Positions 1 through 13,739 are shown, numbered from the stretch's first letter. The stretch is 64,000 bases of DNA from Botryllus schlosseri (GCA_051294905.1 CM119371.1:37512001-37576000); one strand, 5' to 3'. Numbers and translations are program-made. The notes: generated by a model not told the origin, from the sequence alone.

Positions 1-681
1 GAATTCTGTTAAAATCAGTATTTCAAGACGAAGTCAATATCCGAATTCTGTCAGGCTACGATAAAACAAACAAATTCTGGTTCATGAACAGGGTCGTGAT
101 GACCTCTGATGGTTGAGACACTTTCATATTCCTGATGCCAATGATATCTGTATGTGTAACCAGGTAGGTATCCAGGTTGATAGGCGCTAGTGCTGGGCGG
201 ATCGACAAATGTCCTGGTCCGACTCCAATCATGTTGCTTCAAAAGGGAATACGGCTCAGATCCGACCCCGGTCGCATCTAGAAAAGGTAAGGATCCAGCT
301 AAGATGCTGCTCCGGCCAAAAATTCAAAATTCCTGCTTACATCCGCCCCAGTTCCGGCTCAGCTCTATTACGCCGGTAGTGTTATTTAAAGGGAAATCTG
401 GTTATAACACGATTCCGGACGTATCATGAAAAGTATGAATCCGGTTCAGATTTAGCTCCGGCTCAAAGTTGAAGATCGGTGTGATTATGCTGTTCCCTTT
501 CAGATACCAGTTCAGAAATTCAAGGCATTACCTCGGAAAGGGCCATTGTATTGTTCGGCGTCACAGCATGATACCGATTACTTAATTAAAAATGAGCTGA
601 CATTTCAAAAAGACTGGGGTTGCTTGTCGAACCACAGTCTACCCCGTGTGCGCCACTGCACACGAACTGCCACCTGATCAA

Positions 682-959
682 TTGTTGTTGTTGTCTGTGG
701 TATTCATGGTGTTTTTCGACTACCATGGCCATCTACACCAGGCCAATTTTCTTCATTTTTATTCCGTAGATGCCGAGTTGTAGCACGGGCAACTTCTAGG
801 ATTTTCTAAGACACCGCTTGCACGGATGAGATGGCGAGGAGGAGTCTAGGTAAACCTCCAACACTTATACAGGAGTTCTCGAGTTGACCTCGGTCGGCCT
901 CGAACCCGCAACCCATCGGCGTTGCAGCAGTGGTTTATACCACTACGCTATCTCACCAC
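682..959 (-). mobile_element. tRNA-derived SINE family 1
   Basis: A-box TAGCGTAGTGG, B-box GGTTCGAGGCC, (AAC)n tail. Homologs at 16038 and 47278; fragments at about 1215-1355 and 1940-2000. Confidence 0.8.
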
Positions 960-1389
960 CCACCGCTACAGTAAAATTCGACTACTGCTCGCTCCCAATT
1001 ACCTGCAATCAATGATGACCAAGACGGGCGAAATCATATGTACGAGTCGAGTTTGTGTATTTACGTCCACGAAACCCCCGTGACTTGCTCACGCAACACC
1101 TATCGTTTTATTGAACACAAGTTTAAACCACTGTGTTAGTATCTTCCCTCCAACCTTTGTATATGACTAGTTGCTTAATCCGTGACAAAATTGTTCCATT
1201 GTTCGTTCCGTGGTGTTTGTTTGTTTGAGGTATTTATGATGTTTGTTGACTACACCGGTCATTTGCATTTGGCATATTTTCTGAATTTTTTTATTCCGTA
1301 TCTGTCGACTTGTAGCACGGCCTACTTTTAGGCTTTTTGTAAGACACCGCTTACGTGATGTGGTAGCTTATATCATATTTGACATTACT

Positions 1390-1868
1390 GACTTATTTGA
1401 AGATATATTAGATTTGAATTGCATTGGACATTTAACCTTTATCATGGAGGTTCTACTAAGACGGAGCTGGACGGAGTCATCGTGGCCAAGTCCCAGCTTC
1501 TTGACGAAGAAAAAGTTCGATCGGCTGGGGGCGCTATTCTCAGAATGCTATTTTCAGCTCATTTGAATACCGGATTGACAAGCCGATTGTCTTTGTATGT
1601 AGAAATAACGACAAATTTTGTACAGTTTTTATCAGTGACGACTCACCTGTTCTTTACAATGAAGAAGAACCTAACGGATATAAGCAGAAATGAATTAAAT
1701 TACGATATATCATTCCATTTGATGCATCCTGATAGATATAGCTTCCAACAATAAAAGCTGCAGGTCTTCATGACATGCGCTGCTGGCGTGTTTCTATATG
1801 GTGGTAGTCTCGCGATAAATGTAACAGCAGCCATCGTCCTCTGTCCGAGCTGAATATTCTAACGGGTT
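1390..1868 (-). pseudogene. Decayed C-type lectin paralog fragment
   Basis: After a CAG acceptor (exon starting 1868) it reads NPLEYSARTEDDGCCYIYRETTTI*KHASSACHED, colinear without gaps with copy B exon 5 NPLAGYTQVGDDNCYYKLSTDTLNWNEAKAKCEET. Further downstream VFK*AENS...VQCNSNLIYL resembles a CTLD C-half. Confidence 0.65.
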
Positions 1869-4800
1869 CTGAAGACATCAGATCAGATCATCAACAATTG
1901 GGATCTAGGCTTCTCTCCATCCCCGTGATCCGCGCATATACGGTGTCTTGTAAACGCCTAGGAGTGGGCCGTGCATCGTTTTTTATGCGGTAGACAGTAA
2001 AATTTGAATAAATAATAATAATTCGTTTAAAATCGAGTCGAAATTTTCAAACTACTATAGCTTCACATCTAATAGTTGGGATTGAACCTATAATTTGGTG
2101 TGCAACCTTTTTTAGCCAGTCTAACAATCTTGAAAATTGAAAAAGAGGTATTTATGAACAACCTTAGGCTACTGCGCAACCATTGCATGACTATGGTTGC
2201 TCACCAGGCGGGTCACCTCGGCGTACCGACAATATGTACGTTCAGGTACCGCGGTTTTGTCGCCACTGATCACTTTATGACAAGAAATGGCGAAAAGTGA
2301 ATATACACCCATGGCACATGAAACCAGAACCTACCTCAGACTTATACCGCGGTATGAATCGAGTAAAACATTTTAATCCAACTTTTGCATGCAATGTAGC
2401 AACGTAGGAAGGTACGCACGTAGTCACGTAGGATTTGTAACCACCAGATAATTATGATTTGGATTCGTTTTTCGCGCACCACCCTTTTCGTCCCTTTTCG
2501 CAAAGAGTGCAGTGTCTCTCAGTTACAGCTGTTAAATTTCAGTCGAAATGACAAAAATCATCTTCACATACCCTTTTTTAAGGTGCATATTATAGTGCAA
2601 TTTTGATTGCCCCCATCATCGAATAGGATTTGAAAGACACATCCAAAACTAATCAAACTTTTCGTGAAAATGAGCTGCCCTTAATCTGGAAGACGATTGC
2701 CTGATTTACGGCTTCCAAATGGATTAACTACCCACGTATATCTGTTTACATTATATACTGAAAAATATTTTTAGAAGTGTAGGTTGAACTCCAGACAATG
2801 TGCTCGTGACTTGCGACACGATATTCAACACGAATCAAAGAAATTAATTCAAATATGATGAGGACATTACCCCACTCATGGGCCATGCCTTGCCACATGG
2901 TTACGAGTGCTTTTTATCAGCTATTGAGATGTTAGACCGCTTTCAATTCGGCTATGCTTGTCTGCATGCCTTATTGTCAATATTATGCTGTTCTCACCCA
3001 AATTCCAGAATAACTCGTGGCCCACCTTCGAATCTGCGAAGGCAGAGTAAGTGTGCAACGGAACAAAGTGTAAGAATCTTTGATTTAGTAGAACGAATAG
3101 AAAAGTGCCAGCCATTGATTTAAGTCCGCAGTGATGCTCATTCCATGAACTAAAACGATTCAGGTATATCGGCTTACGTAAATACACTTCTATATATCAA
3201 TCCTATTTACTCTCTGCTATCTTTGCGAACCCCTTTTGAACCGTCAATGACCACACGGACCCCCTCAAATGTTAGTTCAACTGTCGTGCAACCGTCATCT
3301 GTCTTGTTAAAATAGCCTATTCACAGCAGGCTTGTGAAAACAGCAGCATTCTTGAAAATAACATCATACTATATTTAGAAACTGGGTAGGCTTTTACTAT
3401 TTCAAATCGATTCTGTAGCTGGAATTTCGGGATTTTGTTTTAAATCCGCGCGGTCGAATTGATATGAACAAGTGCCAAAATTCCATTTCCGCAAAGATAA
3501 GTGGTGGCGAATGTAATATTAACACGTACGACCCGACGACACCTTTCGGTATGATCGCAACATATATGGCACCGAAACTGACAAACAGGTTTTAATTTGG
3601 AGCATTGAGAGTAGTGGTTGTATATATGAGAGGAAAAATGTATTCCCGTGGCGAAGTTTCAATACCGTTATTGGCACAGATCAGGAAAAAAACTTCAGGG
3701 ATTTCCAGCGACTGTTCACTAATTTGCTGACACTAACAACTTCAAATCCGAAATCTTTTGCAAACATGTCGAAGTCACCCTGATTGACTTTACTGCTCTA
3801 ACTTTTTATTTTTTCCACAAATCCCGACAAACCATCTCTAAACAGCCATATGTTTTTGTCAGTAGGCTGTTGGCAATTTGGGAATTATGGACACTTTGCA
3901 CAATAGGATAATCCACCTCTGGCCTCAATTCTGTGAAATTGAGTCTTAAAGTATTAGCACTTATGAAGCGAAACTGTCTCGCGATTTTCCTGACATAAAA
4001 AATCCAAATTATCTGTCATCAGTAGGGCGATTTTTGTTGACCTAAAATACGGAAGATTCAAACATAAAATCAGAATTTTGACATTTTTTGTCCCTAAGAA
4101 ACCTAATTTTGACCAATTTGTGACCTCATGTATGCAAATTAGGCGTTTTCCCACAAAATGTTCGAATTGTACTAATTATCTTCATTTACGAGTCAATTTC
4201 AAGTCATCAAGTAAACGGTGTCGAATAAATCACTGTATCTTGTGCAGAACTGCGTAGTCGGTAAATTTTACCACCGACTCCAACTCTGACTCCGACTCCA
4301 CATATTTTCAATATACTGACTCTGACTCCGACTCCTGAGTCTTTAAACGTACCGACTCCGACTCCGGCTCCAACAGTATTACCAATTTGACATTGGTCAT
4401 TAATGAAATTTGGGATGTAGTCAAATATCATATGTCTTGTCCAGTGCTCTTCAACCTTTTTCATCGTGGTACACCCTTCTAACGTTTACTCGAAATTCGT
4501 ACACCAGATAACTCAATGATTCCGTATAACCTTACCCAGGGGTGTTCAACCTTCTGGTTATTGACGGTCGTGCTTCGATTCGATATATAGCATACGGCCG
4601 CATTCCGACGTATATTTTTACGTGCCCCTTCTGGACGTCACATACTCATGTTAAATTGGGTACTGGGAACTTTTGCACCACGGAGAGCGTCTGAATGGTG
4701 TTCTATGCCATCACTGATTTCTTTTTAGATATACCTTGCATATAAAAGTTATAAAATGTAGCAGCTTACTATCTATACACAAAAATCGCGCATATGAATG

Positions 4801-5233
4801 TTACGAGACAGACGTTATCTTGATTCCCTATCTAGTCGCGCGGAGCGCGAAAATCTTTTGCATCTAGAAAATTTATTTCGTCGATAATATTGTTTTTTTC
4901 ACCAGATTAAAGAGCCCTGCTCTAGTCTACATGCACTTAGTCAAGTATTCAAGGAATAGGACTTGCAGTCTTTCTTAATCATTTGTTCGACCCAAGCAGC
5001 TAAGTCAAAATACAAATAGTTTCAATTTTGTCAAGTGGGAAGTAGCGTTTGGTTATTTACGTCAATTTTTCAATTTTACAAAACCAGATGATGCATTCAC
5101 TCTGTCGCAATATCATGGTATACTTTCAAAAATTGCATTAATTTGTGACTGCATCACGAAGATGCATATTGCGTTTTTCTCCCTCTGTGAAACTGAATTG
5201 TAATTTGCAAATTATGTCTAATTTTATATATAT

Positions 5234-7387
5234 CAGGGGTAGCCAACCTTCTCGGCCAAAGGTCCACATGAGAATTAAGACCCATTGCGTAGGCAACTGG
5301 AATGTTGATAACCTTTATTTTAGTCGTCAGATTGGAGCGAATCGAATTACGAAACATTAAAAACAAGACTTGTATTAGTACGCTTTAAAATTGATACCAA
5401 TTATGTCATGCAACTGTGCAGTGTGCAGTCATGCCCTGGTCTCGCTAAGCGCGAAATTTTTTCAAAGGCAATGAATGAATTCTATCAATAAATATGTTAT
5501 ATTGATATATTGGAGGTCACCTCCGTATACCACTGGGCTGATTAGGCAAGGGTAGGATCAGTGGCGTAGCAGCCACTTGGCGGTTCTGGCTCTGCGCCAG
5601 GGGCGGCAGGCTCCAAGGGGGCGGCAAAATGTGGCTGCACAGTGAGAGAGAGAGAGATATTGTATTCTTTTTCGCATGAACCATCGAGATGCTTTGACGA
5701 CGGTGATGCGCTACGGACTTTTTTAAATAATAATGACATCTAGTCTGCACCCCCATTTTTCCCTTCGTGATTGCTGAGCGCCTAGCGCAGTGGTTCTTAA
5801 CCTTGCCTCCTGGCGATTTTGAAGGGGGCGAAAACGCTCGGGGGGCGATATGGCGGGCGCTGGGATCAGGGAACGATGTGGGGGCGCTGATGAAAAATAG
5901 CTTCGCAGTAGATGATGTAGTAGTAGGACCTATCCTTAATGAGTATTCAGAGCGAATTAACATACCACAAAACATGTCAAATCCCGAGATTTTTGGTCGC
6001 GCGTCGCGACGATGTTTGTTACATATGTTTTCATACATGTAGTAGGTTATTTTAATTCGTGTAAAATGAATTGCGCGTACCTTTAGATCGCCAATTCCCC
6101 GTTAAAACAATGCCGTCACGCTTATGCTAGGGTTATTTTCAACAAAATTTTACGAACTAGGTATTATATCCTGCAGCGCACAGCGTGTGGAAATTGAAGA
6201 AGGGGGCACTGTAGCCTATATACCACATTTGATAGTGAGAGCCCAATTTTCATAAAATATGTTTGGTTAATCACGCTATATGTGCGCATACCGCGGATAC
6301 CAGTTTTCGAGTCTTTGGTCTGACCCGGTCGGGGATCGAATCCACGCCCTGCCTACTGAGAAGTCGGACGCATTACCATTACACTATCTCGCTCGACACG
6401 GTGTGCGCAGCCGGCTAAAAGAAGCTAGTCCTACAGCGCGCGTCCCGTGAGCTAAAATTTAATTAAACAGGTCTCAATCGAAAGCTAGTGTCGCGCTGAT
6501 AACCATTGGTGTTTCAATTGCGACCTGCGCGAGGCGAGCTTCTCAAAGCCCGAACTGATTAAGTCTTATTTACGTTCTACCATGAATGATGATCGGCTAT
6601 CAGCTCTGTCCATTTTGTCTATAAAAATAGACTACGTTCAAAAACTTGAATTTGAGGATATTATCGCTGATCTTGCTTTGAGGCGGTTATTGATTTTCTA
6701 TTTGCACAATACATTCGTTCGCTATTTCTTGTCTTTATTATTTTTGGCTTCATTAACGTTGAAACGATGAGGCTGAGACGCGGCATATTGTTTGTAATTA
6801 TTTTTATTGACAAGGTTGCTTGAACATGAATCTTTGTCGAAATTTGCTGCGGTCTACTTAGGGGAGGGGCGGCATTTTAGACGACAGCCAGGGGCGGCAG
6901 CACATGCTGCTACGCCAGTGGGTAGGATTATTCCGCGTTTAGACACAGCAATATCGACGGTTTCGGTGAGCATGCTTCTAACATTTTGTGCAAATGTTTC
7001 GTCACCGACGATCTCGCTGCGAGCGCACAAGCGAAGTCACATGTTGGACGACACGTTATCTCCTAATTGCGAATATAGTTGAACTCAACTCCGTAAATTA
7101 CGCGTATTTATAATTTTCAGGAGGGGGCTCCAATACTAAATGCAAGAAATCGAGTGAAAATAAATCATGCGAAGTGCATGCTGAGAAAAATTGCGATAAA
7201 TGTGGCTGGCTACTGGTTACGTCAATGTGTCGGAACTGATCGAATTTCGCTGTCAGGCTAATCAAATTTTGGTTGGCCTTGCCAGTTTACCTGATTTAAT
7301 AACTAATTTCAGGAATTACCTCGCAGGCCACACAAAACCTTCTCGCGGGCCACATTTGGCCTCAGGGCCTCTGGTTGGCCGCCCCTG
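5234..7387. mobile_element. Charlie/Buster-like hAT MITE
   Basis: TIR CAGGGGTAGCCAACC / GGTTGGCCGCCCCTG; degenerate TSD ATATATAT/ATCTGTAT. Confidence 0.65.
5559..6920 (+). mobile_element. Internally deleted hAT element retaining the transposase C-terminus
   Basis: TIR CAGTGGCGTAGCAGC; TSD GGTAGGAT on both sides. About 6535-6680 encodes SFSKPELIKSYLRSTMNDDRLSALSILSI, a hAT C-terminal dimerisation-domain-like motif. Confidence 0.85.
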
Positions 7388-7736
7388 ATCTGTATCGGTA
7401 TTAAGAACAGTGATTAATGGTAGGCCTACATAAAAATCCTATTGAAATTCCTTTGAAAGCAATTGTTTCATGATAAAGAAGTTGCAGTCGGAGTCAGGGT
7501 CATTTTCACAAACTCCGACTCTGACTCCAGTTAGTATTTTTTCCCCGACTCCAACTCCGTCAAGCGAAAATTAGACCAACTCCGACTCCGACTCCACAGC
7601 CCTGCTCTTGTGTATGTTCGGATTGCTCGTGACACGCCAGCGTCACTTGTGAGAGCAACGACTCATTCTTTTAATATGCATTTCACTTATCCTCCATTGT
7701 TACATCACAAATAAATGGTCAGCAAACGAAAAGATC

Positions 7737-8099
7737 GGCGTGAGAATGCTATTACCGAGAAGGACAATACTGAGAATTGACATTACCGAGAATAGACACC
7801 GCCGAGAATCAATATTACCGAGAATGCGATATATGCAATGCAGGCATGTTACGCATATGAACAGGTCGTGTGAGTACATCACGGCATTGCCACATTCGGT
7901 ATCGATTCTCAGGTATAAATTTCTCGACAACGTCCGTTACATTAAGCACGATTCTTGGCATTCGCCATTCTCGGTAATGTCCATTCTCGGTAATGTCCGT
8001 TCTCGGTAATGTCTATTCTCGGAAATGTCCATTCTCGGTAATGCTCGTTCTCGGTAATGTCCATCTCGGTAATAGCATTCTCGGTAATAATATGGAACC
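7737..8099. mobile_element. Foldback-like MITE built from inverted arrays of a 16-bp unit
   Basis: ATTACCGAGAAT-type units on the left and ATTCTCGGTAATGTCC x about 8 on the right; flanking duplication AAAAGATC(G). Confidence 0.7.
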
Positions 8100-9123
8100 A
8101 AAAGATCGAAGCTTACTCTGTTGTAGTATAGCAGTAGATTGTTGTAACAGCAACGTATCTCTGTTAATTAGACGGCTCTGTGCTTACATTGCACAGCGCT
8201 CACCTTTACCAACCCTCTTGTATGATTTAAATGGAACGAATATAGTTTGTGCCTTTATATTCCTACGGATGTGTAGATGGTTAGTATATTGTACCATACC
8301 AATTTGTTTCAACTTCATGAGGCTTCATATTCGATCCTATATTTCGGGTTATAACAACAGAATGTAGCAAGTGGCTACACATTTACTCACCGCCTTTTAT
8401 TAGCTGTACTATGTGTGCGTAAGCGATACAACGCATTTTTGCATGTATATTTAACTTTACATCCGTTATTCGATTCAGGATAAATGGCCAATTAATTTGT
8501 CTTTAACACAGCTAGCAAAATGTAATGACTTTGAATGATTGATTACTCGTACTTTTAAAATTCAATTTAACTTGGATTGTGACTTGACTGGTGACATAAC
8601 TTGACTTGAGTCACCTCCAAAAATACGAGTGACTTGACTTGACTCGAGTCAAAGTGTGCAATGACTCGAGAAGACTTGATCCCAACATTGCCATAACCAT
8701 TTACCTATTCTACTACTATCATCACGAACCAGTGGCAGCTCGTGACAATATCGGGTGGTGGGGCAAGGGCTGCGAGCGACTTTTATCAACATGACGTCAC
8801 AATGGCGTTTTCCAACGTAAAAAAGTAACTTTATTATGATGGTCACATGAATTTCCCGACAACAGTGATTTTAACGTAGGTGCCGCGAGAGGTTTGCCGG
8901 TGAGCCGTGACTTGAAGTGTGGTAACAAATGTTTTATTCATTTTTTTTTAATCAAAGGATTATTTTACATAATGTACGTGAACTAAGAATCGTCCCTATG
9001 CCACGAATCAATTATCAGGTCATCCTTAGTAGCATGCGTTATGATTTCATGGTAGAGTTAGAGATTACGCAAATCGATAGGCCGTCCGAAAGTGTTTCGT
9101 ACACGATCCTGGTGTGTTACGAC

Positions 9124-9638
9124 TAGGGCTGGGCAAAATCGAGTACCTGAGTGATTCGATTCTGAATCACGAAATATGCTTCGAGTCGAGTCGAGTAATC
9201 GAGTATCACCCATTATGACGTCCGAACAGAATTTTATACGTCAACGTTTAAATATGTACCGTTTATGCCACCACAAAGAATATAATGCCTGTTTTCCATC
9301 TCATAAATAATACTTTGGTATTTTTTCGACCATACCGCTTTCATCCACTTGGTGACAATGTTGTGGGATAATCATGACTTCAAAAATGTGCTACATCCAG
9401 TAACCTTCGTAGCTTTGTACTATATGTTTCGTAGGCTACGATACCGCCAATCAAGGTTTCAAGGCTTCAACAGTGAAAATTAGTATCGAAACCTAATTCT
9501 CGTTGATAAATTAACTTTCAGTGGCGAGAAGCGTATAATTTCAGTACTCGAAAAAATTGTCTTTTACTACTCGACTCGAATCATTAAAATTAATACTCGA
9601 TTCTGATTCGAGTACTCGAATCATTGTGCCCAGCCCTA
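9124..9638. mobile_element. hAT-like MITE
   Basis: TIR TAGGGCTGGGCA; TSD GTTACGAC on both sides. Confidence 0.88.
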
Positions 9639-10464
9639 GTTACGACCACTGAGCTGGTGGTTACGAGTTACGACCAGGTGATAGGCAACCAAAGCGGAGG
9701 TACCCGGCGTACGATTGGATCAATGGACTGGACAATTTCTATCATCATCATCATTGGTTTATTAGCAATTTTATCAGTTCAATACACCACAAAAATGCGA
9801 TACAATGAAAAGACAGGAATATGTCGAAGCGACAAGGAGTAGTCTTCTAGACCTTTAATTTTCGCTCTAAAGGCAACTGCGTAAACTAGCCTACGTACGG
9901 AGCAAAGATTCAATACGATTCATGTTCGCACTTGACTTGACCAGACTAATTCCAATGACTAAAACTCGAGAGATTGCGTAAGCCTAACTGCAAAGGTCAA
10001 CGACTTCGGACACATACGCAATTGTTATCTCATAGATTGGGCCTGTCATATTGAATCCAGAACATCAATTTGAATGGTCTTTGAAGAACTAAGGACAGCA
10101 GCCTCGGAACTTCGGTCTCGGAACAACATAGGACATTTTGGCCTTGAAACTGGAGACTGTGACACAACACATACGGCTTACTGTCTGCTGCCAAATCGCC
10201 GTTGGAAAATATATTAATCAATAAATACATGAATGAAAGCCGTAAACTTAGCATACTGTTACATGAAATCATCGAGAAGTAGCATTCGCAATCTCATAAC
10301 CCATTCCGGCATGGTACACTGTCAAAATCAATACAAACAGACGAACACCGAACTTTGAGTAAAATAGATCAAGGAATAGGCTGATCGAATGATCAGCTGT
10401 TAGCCGACATCGAAAATGAAATAGCTATCGCAATTGACAGGGGATTGTAAGCAAATGGTTTGAA

Positions 10465-12422
10465 CAGTGGCGGCTCGTCCTATAGGGCAACTGGGGCATT
10501 GCCCCACCTAAAATTCTTTTCAATAACAATTCTTTACCATTTATAGACGCACAACAATCTATATATACCGAAATCACAGCGAAAATCGTATTCTTCTTGT
10601 CCTTTCGCTTGTAAATGCCCAGCCCATATATAGCGAAGTCTCTGCGAAAATCGAATTCTCTTCTGTGTTTTCGCTTTGCGAATGCCTAGCCGGGGCATGC
10701 CCCGGTAGCGCTCATAACAAGCTTTCACTGTCTATTCTCTCAAAGCCGCGCACAATGAAGAAACGGTGATTGACTCTCTCCTATTCATAAAATTACCGAG
10801 CAACCGGGGCTCAATAGGTCTGTGCCCCTAAGGTGTGATGTAACAATAGTATCTATAGCTGAACTCGGTTACCGTCATATGCGTTTAGTCGACCTTTGCT
10901 GGTATAGGTCGATTTTGATGGTGTTTCACACCATGAAAACTCTTGAAACTTGGTATGTCATGTCGTGATGGTGATATTTAACATTGCTCCAAGTTTCAGG
11001 GTTTCTACTTAAAGTTTAGGGTAGTAATTCCGTTTGCGAAGTTGAGTGTGTGCTGATCCGTCATGTATCGCAAACAGATTTTACTCGAAAGCCGGTATTG
11101 GTATCCATTGATTTTGACGATGTTCAATACTGAGATCGGTTATGACATTTGGCACGGTAAGTCTTAATGTTAGTATCGAACGCTGTACCAAGTTTTAAGT
11201 TTGTCACTGAACTATGTTAGTGGTAATTTCGTTTCCTAGGTCGAGTGAGAGCTGACTCGTCATTTATCGCTAACAGATTTTACGCAAAGCCGGTATTGGT
11301 CTCTATTGATTTTAACGATGCTCCTTGCCTAGATCTGTCATGAGCTTTTGCACGGTGTGTTTTGATTTTAGTATCGAACGCTGTGCCAAGTCTCAAGGTT
11401 GACACTCAATGATTAGGGCAGTAATTTCGTTATCAAGGTCGAATACGGTACATATGTGCTCTGATCTGACACTTCAGCCTACAACGCATTGCGGATTTCA
11501 CGCAAATGCCGGTGTATCTGTGGTAACGTTAACTGTGTTCCAAACTGAGATAGGTGACGAGATGATGATATCATTCTCATTTGCATTCAAATATTTACTT
11601 TGATATTATATTCTACAATGTCAATTTCACCGTGAAATTGTGGCCTTCAAGCCATTTGCTTACAACCCCCTGTCAAGCGCGATAGCTATTTCGTTTTCGA
11701 TGTCGGCTAACAGCTGATCACTTGATCAGCCTATTCCTCAGTAAATTTTACGCAAAATTCGGTCTGTTCGCATTAATTTTGACAGTGTACCATACCGAAA
11801 AGGACCATGAGGCTACTTCTCGATGATGTCGTGTAACAGTGTACTAAGTTTACGGCTTTCATCCGCGTATATATTCGGTAATATATTTTCCAAAGGCGAT
11901 TTCGCAGCAGACCTATAGACAGTAATAAAACCATATGTGTCGTGTTACAGTCTCCAGTTTCAAGGCCAAAATCTCCTATGCTGTACCGAGACCGAGTTTC
12001 CAAGACTGCTATTCTCTTCAGAATGATGTTTTGGATTCAATATGACAGGCCCAATGTATGAGATAACAATTGGGTATGGGTATGTGTCCGAACTCGTTGA
12101 CCTTTCCAATTAGGCTTACGCAATCTCTCGAGTTATAGTCATTTCCATTTCTGCAGATAATTATTCAGGTCTAGTGCGAACATGAACCGCGTTGAATCTT
12201 TGTTCCGTACGCCGTTTACGCAGTTACCACACTTCAAGTCACAGCTCACCGGCAGACCTCTCGTGGCACATACGTTAAAACCACTGTTGTCGGGAAATTC
12301 ATGTTACCGTAACATCATTAAGTTACTTGTTTACGTTGGAAAACGCCATTGTGACGTCATCTTGATAAAAAGTCGCTTGCAGCCCTTGCCCCACCACCCG
12401 ATATTGTCACGAGCCGCCACTG
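10465..12422. mobile_element. Same-family hAT-like element nested in inverted orientation
   Basis: TIRs CAGTGGCGGCTCGT; TSD GGTTTGAA at 10457-10464 and 12423-12430. The sequence corresponds to the reverse complement of the outer element. Confidence 0.9.
10990..11520. repeat. About 199-bp tandem repeat (about 2.7 copies) inside the hAT element; mirrored at about 12600-13130
   Basis: CAAGT unit starts near 10990, 11188 and 11387; recurring GCCGGTATTGG and TAGTATCGAACGCTGT. Confidence 0.75.
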
Positions 12423-13739
12423 GGTTTGAAGGCCACAATTTCACAGTGAAATGCACATTGGCGAACATAAAATTATGTGAATATTTGAATGCAAACCGAG
12501 AATCTTAGTTAGCTGTTTCATGCGATCATCGAGATATACCATTGGAAATATCATCACCGATCTCGTTATGGAACGCAGACTAGATTAGCACAGACAGACA
12601 CCGGCTTTTCCGTGAGATCCGCAATGATGTAGGTAGGCTAAGTATCAGATCAGCGCGCATCTCTACCATACTCGACCTCGAAAACGAAATAACTGCCTCA
12701 ATCATTGAGCGTCAACTTTAAGACTTGGCGCCGCGTTCGATACTAAAATCAAGACATACCGTGCAAAAGCTCATGACAGATCTAGGTATGGAACATCGTT
12801 AAAATCAATAGAGACCAATAACGGCTTTTGCGTAAATCTGTTAGCGATAAATGAAGAGTCAGCTCTCACTCGACTTTGGAAACGAAATTACCACCCACAT
12901 AGTTCAGTGACAAACTTAAAACTTATTACAGCGGTCGATACTAACATTAAGACTTACTGTGCCAAATATCATGACCGATCTCGGTATGGAACATCGTCAA
13001 AATCAATGGAGACCAATACCGGCTTTTGAGTAAAATCTGTTTGCTGTACAATGTACATGATAGATCAGCACACACTGAACTTCGGAAACGAAATTACCAC
13101 CCTTATCTTTGAGTAGCAAGCCTGAAACTTGGAGCAGTGCTAAATACTACCTTCACGACATATCGTACCAATTTTCAAGAATTATCATGGTGCGAAACAC
13201 CATCAAAATCGACATATACCAGCAAAGGTCGAGTCAACGCATATCACGGTAACCGAGTTCAGATATAGATACGATTGTTACATCACACCTTAAGGGCGAC
13301 AGGCATAGTTGCCCCACTTGCTCGGCCATTTTACGAATAGGAGAGAGTAAATCACCGTTTCTTTATTGTGCGCGGCTTTGAGAGAATAGATAGTGAAAGT
13401 TTGTTATGAGCGCTACCGGGGCAAGCCCCGGCTAGGCACTCACAAAGCGAAAACACAGAATTGAATTCGATTTTCGCAGAGACTTCGCTATGTATGGGCA
13501 TTTGTTAGCGAAAGCACAAGAATAATGCGGGTTTCGCCGTGATCTCGGTATATACTGATTGCTGTGCGTCTATAAATGGTTAAATTGTTATTGAACAGAA
13601 TTTTAGGTGGGGCAATGCCCCAGTTGCCCTATAGGACGAGCCGCCACTGTCACGAACTTCTTTTGGGTTGATATGCAGCACGGTACTGCCTCCTAACGGG
13701 CGCAGGATCTAGCTTTCTGCGGGTGTATCTATCTTGTCG

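Larger units (their letters stand above)
4245..7604. mobile_element. hAT-like MITE with GACTCC subterminal repeats, host of nested elements
   Basis: Degenerate TIR CAGGGCTGTGGAGTCGG; TSD ATCTTGTG/CTCTTGTG. Confidence 0.75.
4185..8690. mobile_element. Older MITE (family of 43582-45958, inverted) hosting the 4.2-8.1 kb nest; left end not seen
   Basis: 4190-4244, 7605-7736 and 8100-8690 align by eye with the reverse complement of parts of 43582-45850. Right end GACTTGATCCCAACATTG. Confidence 0.6.
8730..13649. mobile_element. Non-autonomous hAT-like element (outer copy)
   Basis: TIRs CAGTGGC(A/G)GCTCGT; 8-bp TSD TCACGAAC at 8722-8729 and 13650-13657. Confidence 0.9.

Noticed and set aside
51..242. 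63-aa minus ORF ending EFVCFIVA as another lectin end
   Set aside because: Only a 3-residue resemblance; its 5' part runs into repeat-like sequence and the window edge limits context.
5517..6042. 173-aa and 91-aa ORFs
   Set aside because: They cross junctions between nested MITEs; no protein features.
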